Shown: positions 22,401 to 31,189 of the stretch, piece after piece | How the letters are laid out: each line of letters opens with the position of its first letter | How positions within the stretch are numbered: the stretch's first letter is position 1 | DNA from: Planctomycetota bacterium | Lineage (GTDB): Bacteria; Planctomycetota; MHYJ01; WSZJ01 | Assembly (NCBI GenBank): GCA_016190145.1 | Contig: JACPRD010000197.1 | Span: 70,369-134,368, forward strand | Direction of reading: 5' to 3' | Length of the DNA stretch: 64,000 nt | Notes under the pieces: model-generated | Told to the model about the DNA's origin: nothing | The model's input: the letters and a program-made list of their open reading frames with translations, nothing else | Databases searched by the model: none | Made by a program: the position numbers and the translations under genes

Positions 22401-22459
22401 CCCGCACGCGCGCCCTGCAGGACCCGCGCTTCCGCGAGTTCCGGGAGGCCCGCCTGTGA
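19403..22459 (+). CDS. addB: AddB-type helicase-nuclease subunit (PD-(D/E)XK nuclease with Fe-S cysteines)
   Basis: 1018 aa. The C-terminal nuclease domain has a cysteine in ATCPFKYW plus VCSWCDARSIC (four-Cys cluster pattern) and FRVTDFKY...LQLLVYA. It sits immediately upstream of, and is coupled (GTGA) to, a UvrD-type helicase-nuclease. Confidence 0.8.
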   Translation: MLSVLTGSFRYLEDELVRRLRARPPLEPACVVVPGGQVAGQLRRALAAAGGVAAARVCNFHALAKTLLEDAGVPVKPVVEEAGEEEIFRAFLREPGSPERYRRLADRPGASAVLATVRDLRAATLTPPLLAEVKEELPEDAQRLAELGKLLELYRDFLFKAGFTTRAAVSAAAAEVAERAPLVRATPTWAVYGFYEFLGEQMDLLHALARAADITVFLPWRDAPAWKYVDRTLNEDLGAAQARKGGVEELPGDAVLVQALKTRPPRARGPGVSKLPSVAFAVRATTFVTRLFDPGTGIKKGDPPVKIVSAAGRADEMWYAVKKARDLHESEGIAWHDIAILARTLDGRLGLAERYFREECVPWATTAARPLFERPLAQAASLAARLFLESAYHADVLEWFASPLVKESAQPEAWGEAARALGIVSGDDWRRLDGARGADLLDGEGEPVVGAATVDAFAEAVAGLRGDLAGAGRSRGWHAAAEAWEGFLASRLDTEADPAAWLAVRAVLRGLSALEGAAAPPGPEAFAGAFARALAAARIPAQPRPADGVAFLDLMAARGRRFRAAILLGLNEKEWPRIPREDPHFPDASRARVAATTGVKLLQKMDAIAEERLLFALAIDAADRVILVHRRVDDEGRKEAPSAYLDEVRRVAPPDKPVTVPRLPVRKYEIWEGRLTPVEKRLHAILTGAKDPDPAVVKARDLELYGRWTEFDVLPEGPAAHLAARSRKGFSPTALETLATCPFKYWATRVAGLRILDPLEAEEDTAAREVGAILHEALAREAEGDPAAIAREIFRERAEKRPPLRWAVWEAARDEGIAALEALVAQDRAELKAGGWTVRARELELPRTDGPDPLPGLHGRVDRIETRDAGGATEFRVTDFKYIAGKRPRYGDAKPATVEGRVLKEAARGLRLQLLVYARLAAAKIGPEAKFAGSSYYFFGPRIDPVRQGLLEDDGAEALAALAPRVWNVASHGHFVIVEDDRVCSWCDARSICRRGHHATRTRALQDPRFREFREARL

Positions 22460-25400
22460 GCGACGCCTCCGCCCGCCGCGAGGCCGTCTCGCTGACCTCG
22501 CAGAACGTCGTCCTTCGCGCGAGCGCCGGCACCGGGAAGACCACGGTCCTCGTCGAGCGCCTCCTCGTTCTCCTGCTGCGCGACGGCCTGAAGCCCGACC
22601 AGATCGTGGCCATCACGTTCACCGAGGACGCCGCCGCGAACATGAAGTCGCGCCTCCGCAGGCGGTTGCAGGACGCCTTCCGCTGGAGCCTCGGCGAAGA
22701 GGTGAAACCCCCGATCGACGATGCCGTCCGCGAGGCCGGCGACGAAGCCGTCGGACGCCGCGCCGCCGCCGCACTCGAACAGCTCGACCGCGCCATCATC
22801 GAAACCATCCACGCCTTCGCCGGCCGCCTCCTGCGCCTCTTCCCCGAAGAATCCGGCGTCGACGCCTCCTTCGCCATCGACGACGAGACGGCCGTCGCCG
22901 AATCCATCGACCGCGACTGGGCCGCCTGGTCGCGCGAGGAGTTCGCCGAGAACGGGAAACGCCTCGCGCGCTGGCGCCCCGTGCTGCGCGCCCTGCCCTG
23001 GGACCGCGTCCGCGAGCTCGCGTTCAGGCTCGCGGATTTCGAAGACGTCCCCGGGGATCCGGGGGCGGTGACGGATGAGGCGCGCGCGTGGCACGCGGAG
23101 ACCGTCGCGTCGCTGGAAGGGCTGGTCGCGCGCGCGAAGAAGCCCGTCACCTGCGTCGAGCAGGCCCGCGCGGCGCTGGAATTGCTGCAGCGCGTCAAAA
23201 CCGGCGGCTGGAAGCCGGCCGCGCCCGCGGACGAACGTTTCGAGGAGAAATTCGGCGACCATGCGAAGTCCTCCGGCTGGACGGACGCGGAGCACGCCGC
23301 CGCGGAGGCCGGATGGCGCGCGGCGCAGGCGTGGTCGCGCGCGCGCGAGGAGGCCGTCGAGGCCGTGCGCCTCCTCGCCGACTTCGCCGCCTTTCACCGC
23401 GAGACCGCCCTCCGCCACGGGCGCCTGTCGTTCAACGCTCTTCTGTTCCTCGCCCGCGACCTCCTCCGCGCGAAGCCCCACGTCGCCCGCCGCTTCCGCG
23501 ACCACCGCTTCCTCGTCGACGAATTCCAGGACACCGACGCGAAGCAGGCCGAGATCGTGCTGCGGCTGGCGTCGCCTGCGGCCAAGGCCGACTGGCGGTC
23601 GCTCCGGCCGGACCCGGGACGTCTTTTCGTGGTGGGCGACCCGAAGCAGTCGATCTACGCGTGGCGCGGCGCGGATCTCGGGGTCTACGACGCGGTGTGC
23701 GCGCAGCTCGTCGCGGCGGGGGCGCGCGACCTCCTGCTCGCGCGGAATTTCCGCTGCCAGCCGGCGGTCGTGGACGCGGCGAACCGCGTCTTCGACCGCG
23801 CATTCCAGCCCGAGCCCGGCATCCAGGCGCCCCCGTCGCCGCTCGAGGCCGCGCGGCCGGAACGGAAACTCGGCGGGCGGATCGTCGAACTGCGGACGGC
23901 GAAGCCCGACGAAGGCGACCGCGCGCCGGAGCTGGCGGAGAAGGAGGCGAAAGCGATCGCGGCCTGGATCGGGAAACTGCACGGCGACACCGACCGCCGG
24001 ATCGAGGTCGACGACGGCGACGGACCCGCGGTGAAGCCCGTGCGCCTCCGCGACATCGCGATCCTCCTCCGGCAGACCACGCACCTCCCCGAGTACCTGC
24101 ACGCCCTGCGCGAAGCCCGCATCCCCTACGTCGTCACGCGGGAACAGCATTTCTACGAGGCGCAGGAAGTGCGGGACGCGATCAACCTGCTGCTCGCGCT
24201 CGTCCGGCCGGACGACGCCCTCTCGCTTTCCGGCGTCCTGCGCTCGCCCGTCGGAGGGCTGACGTTCGCGGAAATCCAGGCGGTCGGCGCGCGCCCCGAT
24301 TTCCGGAAGCCCGCGGAAGGCCGGGCGGAGGCGCTGTTCGCGAATCTGCGCGACCTGCGCGCGCGCGCGCTCAAGCTCCCGGTCGCGGAAGCCGTGGACC
24401 ACATTCTCGACGAGTCCGGCCTCCGCGCCGCCGCCGCGGCTTCCGCGCACGGCGAGCAGGCCCTCGCCAATCTCGAGAAGATCGCCGCGCTCGCCGCCCG
24501 GCGCGCTTCCCCCGAACTCACCCTGCGCGAGTTCGCCGACCGGCTCGGCGAGCGCCTCCGCGAGCCCGAGCGCGAGGCCGAGTCCCCCCTCGGCGAGCCC
24601 GACGACGAGGTCGTCCGTGTCTCGACCATCCACGGCGCCAAGGGCCTCGAATGGCCCGTCGTCATCCTCGCCGGCCTCCACACCCCGCGCCGCGGCGGCC
24701 GCCACGAGGACCCCGTCCTCACCGACGCCGCCGGCTTCGCCGCCCGCGCCGGCGACGCCGTGACCCCGCTCTGGGCCTTCCTCGACGACCGCCGCCGCCG
24801 CCGGGCCGCCGCCGAAGACGTCCGCCTCTTCTACGTCGCCTGCACCCGCGCCCGCGAAGCCCTCGTCCTCTCGCGCGCCGGCACGGGCGAGGGCGCGTAC
24901 CTCCCGCTCGTCCCCGCCGGCACCTTTCCCGAAGTCGAAGCCCCGATCACCGGCGCGCCCCGGGCATCCCTCCCCCGCCAGGCCCCCCTCCCCGCCGAAG
25001 CCGAGATCGACTCCTGGAAAGAACGCCGCGAGGAATACGAAGAAGTCATGCGGAAACCCGCCGTGATCTCCCCCACGGGCCTCATGCACCACGAAGACGA
25101 AGCTGCTCTCGAGCCCGGCCACTCCTTCGACTCCCCCGCGGCGAAACACACCGGAATCCTCGTCCACTCCGTCCTCGAGCGCTGGAACTTCGCCGGCGAC
25201 GACCTCGACCGCGCCCTCGCGCGCGCCGCCGCGCAACTCCCCGCCCCCGACCGCGCCGCGGCCCTGCCGCGCGCCCGCGAACTCCTCGCCGCCTTCCTCG
25301 CGTCCGCCGACGCCCGCGAAATCGCCTCAAACACCATCCTCGGCCGCGAAATCCCCTTCGCCCAGCCCCTCCAGGACGGCCGCACCATCACCGGCGTCAT

Positions 25401-25581
25401 CGACCTGCTCTTCGAAAAAGACGGCCGCCTCGAAATCCGCGACTACAAAACGGGGCGCGAGAATCCGAAGTACGAGGTCCAGCAGCAGGTGTACCTCGGG
25501 GTGGTGAAGAAGCTGTTTCCGGGAAGGGACGTGGTGTTCAGGTTCATCTATCTGCACGAGAGCGGTGTGAAGGGGGGGTAG
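22456..25581 (+). CDS. addA: AddA/RecB-type UvrD-family helicase with C-terminal PD-(D/E)XK nuclease
   Basis: Start GTG 22456, in the frame of ORF 17944..25581. Walker A ASAGTGKTTVL, DEFQDT (motif II), VGDPKQSIYAWRGA, and the C-terminal nuclease motif GVIDLLFEKDGRLEIRDYKTG. Confidence 0.9.
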   Translation: MSDASARREAVSLTSQNVVLRASAGTGKTTVLVERLLVLLLRDGLKPDQIVAITFTEDAAANMKSRLRRRLQDAFRWSLGEEVKPPIDDAVREAGDEAVGRRAAAALEQLDRAIIETIHAFAGRLLRLFPEESGVDASFAIDDETAVAESIDRDWAAWSREEFAENGKRLARWRPVLRALPWDRVRELAFRLADFEDVPGDPGAVTDEARAWHAETVASLEGLVARAKKPVTCVEQARAALELLQRVKTGGWKPAAPADERFEEKFGDHAKSSGWTDAEHAAAEAGWRAAQAWSRAREEAVEAVRLLADFAAFHRETALRHGRLSFNALLFLARDLLRAKPHVARRFRDHRFLVDEFQDTDAKQAEIVLRLASPAAKADWRSLRPDPGRLFVVGDPKQSIYAWRGADLGVYDAVCAQLVAAGARDLLLARNFRCQPAVVDAANRVFDRAFQPEPGIQAPPSPLEAARPERKLGGRIVELRTAKPDEGDRAPELAEKEAKAIAAWIGKLHGDTDRRIEVDDGDGPAVKPVRLRDIAILLRQTTHLPEYLHALREARIPYVVTREQHFYEAQEVRDAINLLLALVRPDDALSLSGVLRSPVGGLTFAEIQAVGARPDFRKPAEGRAEALFANLRDLRARALKLPVAEAVDHILDESGLRAAAAASAHGEQALANLEKIAALAARRASPELTLREFADRLGERLREPEREAESPLGEPDDEVVRVSTIHGAKGLEWPVVILAGLHTPRRGGRHEDPVLTDAAGFAARAGDAVTPLWAFLDDRRRRRAAAEDVRLFYVACTRAREALVLSRAGTGEGAYLPLVPAGTFPEVEAPITGAPRASLPRQAPLPAEAEIDSWKERREEYEEVMRKPAVISPTGLMHHEDEAALEPGHSFDSPAAKHTGILVHSVLERWNFAGDDLDRALARAAAQLPAPDRAAALPRARELLAAFLASADAREIASNTILGREIPFAQPLQDGRTITGVIDLLFEKDGRLEIRDYKTGRENPKYEVQQQVYLGVVKKLFPGRDVVFRFIYLHESGVKGG

Positions 25582-25620
25582 GCGGCGGAGGCCTCGCCGC
25601 GAAGCGGCCCCATTCCCCTT

Positions 25621-25705
25621 CCCCCGCCCGCGCCCGGCCTTTCGGTCTGGCACAGGATCTTCATTCCGAAGCCAAAGAACGACCGGGCGCGGGCGCGGGC
25701 GGGGG
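25621..25705. other. long GC-rich inverted repeat (about 17-bp arms, about 45-nt loop) in the addA-mazE intergenic region
   Basis: cccccgcccgcgcccgg ... ccgggcgcgggcg(cgggc)ggggg. A further outer complementarity is ggcggagg / cctccgc. Confidence 0.5.
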
Positions 25706-25777
25706 TACGGGGTCCGCCTCCGCGCTTCGCGCTCCGGCGGACATCGCCGTCCCCTTGGCTCGAGGAAGTCGATCTCG

Positions 25778-25789
25778 TATGATTCCAGT
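25778..25789 (+). promoter_or_regulatory. -10 element TATGAT, 6 nt upstream of the antitoxin ATG
   Basis: ctcgTATGATtccagtATG, with no SD. Confidence 0.4.
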
Positions 25790-26056
25790 ATGCCTCAGAA
25801 TCATACCGTCGAACGCGTGGCCCTCAGCCTCCCCGCGGCCCTGCTCCGCCGCGTCGAGGCCCTTCGCCGGATCACCGGCCTGACCCGCAGCGGCCTGATC
25901 CGGGAAGCCCTTGAGGGGTACCTGCGCGCCGCCCGCCGGCGGCGCCGCGTGGCGACCTACCTCGAAGGCTACGCCCGCCGCCCCGAAACGCGCGCGGAGA
26001 TCGCCGCGGCCCGAGCCTCCGCGGCGCGGCTCCTGGCCTCGGAACCCTGGGAATGA
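25790..26056 (+). CDS. ribbon-helix-helix (CopG/MazE-type) antitoxin
   Basis: 88 aa. VALSLPAALLRRVEALRRITGLTRSGLIREAL is a typical RHH N-terminus. ATGA overlap with mazF. Confidence 0.8.
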   Translation: MPQNHTVERVALSLPAALLRRVEALRRITGLTRSGLIREALEGYLRAARRRRRVATYLEGYARRPETRAEIAAARASAARLLASEPWE

Positions 26057-26370
26057 AACGAGGCGACGTCTGGTGGGCCGAGCTGCCGGCACCGGCCGGC
26101 CGCCGCCCCGTGATCCTCCTCTCCCGCGACGAAGCCTATGCCGTCCGCGAACTCGTCACCGTCGCGCCCGTCACTACCCGCGCGCGCGCGATCCCGGTCG
26201 AGGTCCCGCTCGGCACTCGCGACGGCCTCCCGAGGGCGTGCGTCGCCAATCTCGATACCATCACGACGATTCCGAAGGCGTGCCTGACGCGCAGGATCAC
26301 GACGCTTCGCCCGGAGAAGTTGATCGCGGTGGAGGAAGCGATCCTGTTCGCGCTCGGCATGGACGTCTGA
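26053..26370 (+). CDS. mazF: MazF/PemK-family endoribonuclease toxin
   Basis: 105 aa. MKRGDVWWAELPAPAGRRPVILLSRD...VTVAPVTT matches the PemK/MazF pattern. Confidence 0.85.
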   Translation: MKRGDVWWAELPAPAGRRPVILLSRDEAYAVRELVTVAPVTTRARAIPVEVPLGTRDGLPRACVANLDTITTIPKACLTRRITTLRPEKLIAVEEAILFALGMDV

Positions 26371-26395
26371 GAGTTCGAGTATCCGTGTGTTCGTG

Positions 26396-26411
26396 TAGAC
26401 TCGACGCGGTC
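26396..26411 (+). promoter_or_regulatory. -10-like TAGACT (TAGACTCGAC), 10 nt upstream of the ATG
   Basis: gtgTAGACTCGACgcggtcATG. This is the third copy of the TAGAYTCGAC motif. Confidence 0.35.
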
Positions 26412-28967
26412 ATGCGCCTCGCGACCCTGAGCCGGATTTCGCTCCTGGCCGTGGCCGCCCTCATCGCCGGGCGGCCCGTCTTCGCCCAGTCGGATCCCGG
26501 GCCGGAATCTCCCGCAGTCCGTCGCGACGCCCGCGGCTGTGTCCTGCCGCGGTTCGCCGTGGCACGCTGCGGATCCTCCGCCTTGCGCCACGCCCACTCC
26601 GTCGGCGACGTCGCCTTCACTCCGGACGGCAGATTCCTCGTCTCCGTCGCGGGGGACTCGTCCGTGCGTGTCTGGAACGCCGTTGACGGCACTCCGATCG
26701 CCGTCGGGGAGGCGCCTTCCCTCTGGGGAAACCTGCAGATTTCTTGGGACGGCACGAAGATCGCCGTCACCGACAAGGGAGTCATCAGACTCATGACTCT
26801 TCCGGCACTCGAGCGGATCCGCGACATCCTGGCGGGGGAAGAGGGGGCTGAGCTGGCCGCGTTTTCTCCGGGGGACGACCGGGTCGTCAGCACCGGTGGG
26901 GAGGCTGGCGCGGTAACGGTCTGGGAGGTAGCGACCGGCCGGAGGCTCCTTTCGTTCGGGGCGGAAAAGGAAGTCCGGACGACGGCACTCGCGTGGTCCC
27001 CGACGGGGGGCCTCATTGCCATGGCCCGGGAGGGCGAGCGTGGGAACCCTCTGGAGACCTGGAATCCCGTGACGGGCGAGAAGATCGGGTCCTTTTCGCT
27101 GGGCGAACTCGACGCTTCGCTGGTCTTTCGCGCGGACGGTCGGGCGGTTTTTGCATCCAACGGGCATGGCATCATGACCCTGGATCTGGAAACCGGGAAG
27201 GTCGTGCGGCCGACCGACGCCGGAAGTGGCGACGGATTCGTGCTCCTGCGCTCAGGTGACGAGGCGGTGGTCTGGGATCGGGCGCTCGTCTCCGTCACGT
27301 CGCTGGCCGATCAGGAAAACCCGCGGGACATCTGGGAAGCGCCCTGGAGTTGGCGAAAGAGGGACCTGCGTCGGCCCGACCGCGACCGCATGCTGAGAGA
27401 GATGGGCCGCGACCGGCGGATCCTGTCCGTCGCGGTCTCGCCCGATGGGGCGAGAGCCGCCGTTGCCACGACGGAGATGGTCATCCGTCTGGTGGATCTC
27501 AAATCCGGCAAGGAACTCCCGGAAGTCGTCGGTCCCGCGAATGGAGGCGGCGCCGGTCTTTCGATCTCGCCCGACGGCACCCGGGTGGCAACGGGCTCCT
27601 ACCACGAAGGACTGTTCGTGTGGGATCTGGAGACGGGAAAACTCATCCGACATGTGAACGAGGAAGACGCGCCGGCCTCTCGAGTCGCATGGTCGCCCGA
27701 TGGCAGGTTCATCGCCACGCTCGGCCACGGCGCCCTCACGATCCGGAACGCCACAACCGGATCACGATTCGCACGCTTCGAGTGCGCGAAGCCGGAATCG
27801 AATCCGGTCTGGCGACAGGGAAGCGGACGGATCATGCTGTTCGAAGACAAGAGCCTGATCGAGTGGAATCTGTCGACCGAGCGGCTCAGGCGTGTGGCTC
27901 AAATCGGGAACTACGGATATACGGAGATTGGCGTATCGCCGGACGGAAGCCGGATCGTGACCGGGCCGCGCGATTGCGAGGTGCTGGTCATGGACGCCGA
28001 AAGCGGAGAGGTGCAGGCCCGGGTGGCGAGCCACCGCAACACTCACGCCGTGTCCTTCTCACCCTCCGGATACCACATCGCTTCGGCTGGCTCCGACAGG
28101 AAGGTTCACGTCCGCCGCGCCTCGGACGCGCAGGTCCTCGTTTCCTACGGGCCCTTCCCGGAAGAGATCGAAGGCCTCGCCTGGTCGGCGGACGGAAGGC
28201 TCCTCGCGGCCGCGCTGTGGCGGAGCCTGATCGGTAACCCCACGGGAGACATGAGCATCCGCATCCTGGAAATCGCGTCGGGGGACGAGATTGCCGTCCT
28301 TCGAAACCATAGCGGGCGCGCGCGCGAGCTGGAGTTCACCGCCGACGGCCGAAGGCTGGTCACGTCCATGGAGGACGGCACGGCCCTGGTTTGGGACATG
28401 GAGGAGGCCTGCGGCATGACCGCCCCTGTCGGAGATGAAGACGCGGCCTGGGAGAAGCTCTGGGCGGCGCTCGCCGGGCGCGACCCGGTACCGGCCTGGA
28501 AAGCCCTCGGCGCACTGTCGGCGAAGGGAGCGGAATCGCTCGCCGAATCAGAGCGACGCCTCCTGGAAGCCGCGGCCCCGTGCCCGGAGGCGGAAGCCGC
28601 GATCCGGGATCTCGACGACGAGGATCCAGGGAAGCGCGATCAGGCCTTCGGGCGCCTCACGCGCATGGACGCCGAAACGGAAGTCAGGGATGCCCTGGGG
28701 TCGGACCCGACCGCGGAACTCAAGGCGCGCCTCTCCTCGATCCTGGCCCTCGCGGAGGAGCGCCCGGGCGCCGCCTCGCCCCGGCAGCGTCTGGCTCTTC
28801 GCACCATCGCCGTTGTGGAGCGCATCGGCGGATCCGCCGCCGCCGCCGAGTCGTCCGAATCACTCCGGATTCTGCGCGCCGCCGCCGAACACTCTCCTTG
28901 GGAACGGGTGCGGCGGGAAGCCCGCGCCGCGGTCGCGCGGCTGTCCGCCCACGCACGCCCGAAGTAA
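26412..28967 (+). CDS. secreted WD40/beta-propeller repeat protein with an alpha-helical C-terminal tail
   Basis: Start at MRLATLSRISLLAVAALIAGRPVFAQ (signal peptide) inside ORF 25911..28967. Repeated motifs: SPDG..(V/I)A(T/S)...D..(V/I)R(V/I)W(D/N). Confidence 0.85.
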   Translation: MRLATLSRISLLAVAALIAGRPVFAQSDPGPESPAVRRDARGCVLPRFAVARCGSSALRHAHSVGDVAFTPDGRFLVSVAGDSSVRVWNAVDGTPIAVGEAPSLWGNLQISWDGTKIAVTDKGVIRLMTLPALERIRDILAGEEGAELAAFSPGDDRVVSTGGEAGAVTVWEVATGRRLLSFGAEKEVRTTALAWSPTGGLIAMAREGERGNPLETWNPVTGEKIGSFSLGELDASLVFRADGRAVFASNGHGIMTLDLETGKVVRPTDAGSGDGFVLLRSGDEAVVWDRALVSVTSLADQENPRDIWEAPWSWRKRDLRRPDRDRMLREMGRDRRILSVAVSPDGARAAVATTEMVIRLVDLKSGKELPEVVGPANGGGAGLSISPDGTRVATGSYHEGLFVWDLETGKLIRHVNEEDAPASRVAWSPDGRFIATLGHGALTIRNATTGSRFARFECAKPESNPVWRQGSGRIMLFEDKSLIEWNLSTERLRRVAQIGNYGYTEIGVSPDGSRIVTGPRDCEVLVMDAESGEVQARVASHRNTHAVSFSPSGYHIASAGSDRKVHVRRASDAQVLVSYGPFPEEIEGLAWSADGRLLAAALWRSLIGNPTGDMSIRILEIASGDEIAVLRNHSGRARELEFTADGRRLVTSMEDGTALVWDMEEACGMTAPVGDEDAAWEKLWAALAGRDPVPAWKALGALSAKGAESLAESERRLLEAAAPCPEAEAAIRDLDDEDPGKRDQAFGRLTRMDAETEVRDALGSDPTAELKARLSSILALAEERPGAASPRQRLALRTIAVVERIGGSAAAAESSESLRILRAAAEHSPWERVRREARAAVARLSAHARPK

Positions 28968-29051
28968 GTAGCCCCTCGCTTTCCAGCCCCGGCAGGCGGG
29001 CTTCCCGATCCCTCTCCCGTCAAGTTCGTCCTGCCCTTCCCTTCCATCCGG

Positions 29052-29065
29052 TATGATGTCCCCCG
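29052..29065 (+). promoter_or_regulatory. -10 element TATGAT, 8 nt upstream of the ATG
   Basis: ccgGTATGATgtcccccgATG. Confidence 0.4.
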
Positions 29066-29887
29066 ATGCCCCGCCTTTTCTTTGCGCTCGCCCTCCTCCT
29101 CGCGGCTCCCCTCGCCACGGCCGCCGCCACCGACACCCTCGAGCCGCTGAAGAAAGCCGTCGCCGAGGATGCCGCGCGCATGGCCAGTGAGGACATGCAT
29201 TTCCGCATCAAGGGCCGCAAACTCGTCGTCGCGCCGTTCCGGAACGACCCCGACGGGATCGTGGTCGCGGCGCTCAAGGAGCGCCTCGCGGCCGCGGGAC
29301 ATTTCGACATCGTCGAGGCCGGAATGCTCCGCGAACTGTGGGACAAGATCGTGGGGAACGACAAGGAGGCGCCGATCACCGCCGAGAAGGCGATCGAGCT
29401 GGGGAAGAAACTCGGCGCCGAGGCCGTGATGTTTGGGCGCGTCGAGACGCTGGCGGTCGACGAGGGACGCTCCGTGTGCGACGTGAAGCTCCGCATCGTG
29501 ATGGTCTCGGATGGCGAGGGACTGTTCATCGGCCGCTATCGCACCGACCTCGAAAAATCCGTCTTCTCCATCCCGCACTTCCGCGTCTGGATCTACGACA
29601 CGTCGATCTTCGTCCGAATCCTCATCTGGACCGTCGCGCTCCTCATCCTCCCTTTCCTCACCCTCCTCGCGCGCGAAACGCTCCAATCCGCCGCGCCCGT
29701 CGTCCCCATCGCGCTCGTCCTCACCATCACCGTCGTCGACATCCTGATGGCCCTTCTCCTCATGGGCTTCGAGGCGAACTCCATCTTCAAGTGGATCCTC
29801 CTCGTCGGCGCCCTGGCCGTCTCGATCTTCTACAACCTGATGATCCTGGCGAAGGTCGCCCAGCTCCAGCTTCCGGGGAAGGACTAG
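29066..29887 (+). CDS. membrane protein: periplasmic LpoB/CsgG/FlgO-like domain plus C-terminal 4-TM module (paralog 1)
   Basis: 273 aa with a signal peptide. KLVVAPFRND...LKERLAAAGHFDIVE...AIELGKKLGAEAVMFGRVE...VKLRIVMVSDGEGLF fits the pattern of that lipoprotein-activator fold. The fold call is by pattern recognition only. Confidence 0.65.
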   Translation: MPRLFFALALLLAAPLATAAATDTLEPLKKAVAEDAARMASEDMHFRIKGRKLVVAPFRNDPDGIVVAALKERLAAAGHFDIVEAGMLRELWDKIVGNDKEAPITAEKAIELGKKLGAEAVMFGRVETLAVDEGRSVCDVKLRIVMVSDGEGLFIGRYRTDLEKSVFSIPHFRVWIYDTSIFVRILIWTVALLILPFLTLLARETLQSAAPVVPIALVLTITVVDILMALLLMGFEANSIFKWILLVGALAVSIFYNLMILAKVAQLQLPGKD

Positions 29888-30703
29888 ATGGAGCGACGCC
29901 ACCTCGCGTGCCTCGCCGCCGCCGGGCTTCTCCTCGTCTGCTGGATCGTCCAGCTCGTGCTGTTCGTCGGATCGGATCCGGACCTGCTGGCGCTCTCGCT
30001 CCGGGAAGCGGCGGAGGCGGTCGAGGCCGCGGAGCCCTCGCCGCCGCTCCGCGTCGCGGTGTTCCTGCCGAGCGGCGAGGAGTCGGGGGCGATGGACCGG
30101 GAGTTCCGGAAGAGGTTCGAGGGGAAGAGCGGCTGGAAGCTGCTCGACCGGGAGCTTCAGGAGGAGGCGCTGGGGGACTACGGGGCGAAGATCAACCGCC
30201 GGCCGCGGGTCGCCGCGGAGGCGGCGGAGGCCGGGCGGAAGCTGGGGGTCGAGGCGGCGTTCTACGCGGAGGCGGCGGCGTATCGGCAGAACGAAGAGAA
30301 GGCGGAGGTGGCGTTCCGGTGGGGGCTCGTGAAGGTGCCGTCGGGCGAGCTGGTGGCGGAAGGCTCGGCCGCCGCGGCGAAGACAAAGGGGTTTTTCTCG
30401 CTCGACCGCTACCGCGCGCGCGTCGACGGCACGTCGGCGCTCTTCCGCGTCTTCCTCTGGATCGTGATGCTGCTCGTCCTCCCCGTCGCGCTCGTCCCGC
30501 TGAACGAGCTCGCGCTCGGATTCCGCAACAACGCGGCCTCGGCCGCGCTCCTCTCCGGCTATTCCGTCATCGATTTCGTGGCGATGCTCCTCCTGAACGG
30601 TTTCCGGCTGTTCACGGTCTTCTGGGGGATCGCGGGGATCCTGGTGCTCGCGGGCGCGGCGCTTTACACGCTGGCGGTGCTGAACGCGCTTGCGGAGGAC
30701 TAA
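29888..30703 (+). CDS. membrane protein with the same architecture (paralog 2)
   Basis: 271 aa. It starts immediately after the paralog 1 stop (TAGATG). It has RVAVFLPSGEE...AAEAGRKLGVEAAFYAEA...WGLVKVPSGELVA and then 4 TM helices. Confidence 0.65.
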   Translation: MERRHLACLAAAGLLLVCWIVQLVLFVGSDPDLLALSLREAAEAVEAAEPSPPLRVAVFLPSGEESGAMDREFRKRFEGKSGWKLLDRELQEEALGDYGAKINRRPRVAAEAAEAGRKLGVEAAFYAEAAAYRQNEEKAEVAFRWGLVKVPSGELVAEGSAAAAKTKGFFSLDRYRARVDGTSALFRVFLWIVMLLVLPVALVPLNELALGFRNNAASAALLSGYSVIDFVAMLLLNGFRLFTVFWGIAGILVLAGAALYTLAVLNALAED

Positions 30704-30752
30704 CGGCTGTTCTTCGTTACTCGTTACTCGTTCTTCGTTTCCCGTTGCCCGG
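30704..30752 (+). repeat. heptanucleotide tandem array (CGTTNNN type, ~6-7 units) ending in CCCGGGG
   Basis: cggctgt tcttcgt tactcgt tactcgt tcttcgt ttcccgt tgcccgg gg. Confidence 0.85.
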
Positions 30753-30768
30753 GGACGGGCTCAAAATA

Positions 30769-30800
30769 GGAAGGGCCCGGCTGACTCTCCGGGCCCTTCC
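30769..30800. terminator. bidirectional terminator hairpin between convergent genes
   Basis: Perfect 12-bp stem GGAAGGGCCCGG / CCGGGCCCTTCC with an 8-nt loop. No clear U-tract. Confidence 0.55.
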
Positions 30801-30838
30801 CCGCACGTGAGCTACCGCGGCTGCAGCGGTCGCTTCAT

Positions 30839-31189
30839 TTATTTGGGTTCATCTTCCTTGATCTGCTTCTTGATCTCCTCGGGCTTCATCCCTTTGCTTC
30901 CCATGTTCCACAGCTTGAAGTCGTAGGGCACGCGGCGGCTGGAGACGAGGGTGAGGTCACCGCCGTCGGAGACTTTGTACACGGCCAGCTGGGCGTCTTC
31001 GGCGGGACTGGTTTTCATGACGTAGATGAGCTGGTGATTGGGTCCCTGAGGGGGTGTCGCCATGATGTAACCATCGCTCGCACCGCCGGGGTCGGCGGCA
31101 GCGATCCGGTCGTTGTTGGCGAGCAGGTATCCCGAGAGAGTACAGAGGGCGCCGGTGAGAATGCCGGCGAAGTACGCTTTGAAGCCCAT
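30839..31189 (-). CDS. small secreted/membrane-anchored hypothetical protein (116 aa)
   Basis: Start chosen at MGFKAYFAGILTGALCTLSGYLLA, because a strong SD (GGAAGGAGG) lies 7 nt upstream. The track ORF 30839..31249 starts earlier. Confidence 0.65.
   Translation of the reverse strand: MGFKAYFAGILTGALCTLSGYLLANNDRIAAADPGGASDGYIMATPPQGPNHQLIYVMKTSPAEDAQLAVYKVSDGGDLTLVSSRRVPYDFKLWNMGSKGMKPEEIKKQIKEDEPK

Noticed and set aside
17944-25581. Giant 2545-aa plus-strand ORF
   Set aside because: Only the last 1041 codons (from GTG 22456) look like a real protein (UvrD/AddA motifs). The upstream ~1500 codons are Arg/Pro/Gly-rich shadow sequence overlapping the DUF4143 and addB genes in another frame, as expected in high-GC DNA.
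19403-25581. AddB/AddA pair as a novel helicase-nuclease defense system, given the neighbouring DUF4143 ATPase and mazEF
   Set aside because: Gene order (B then A), sizes, the AddB Fe-S cysteine cluster and RecB-type nuclease motifs in both proteins match the housekeeping AddAB double-strand-break repair enzyme. Adjacency to TA or ATPase genes is not enough evidence.
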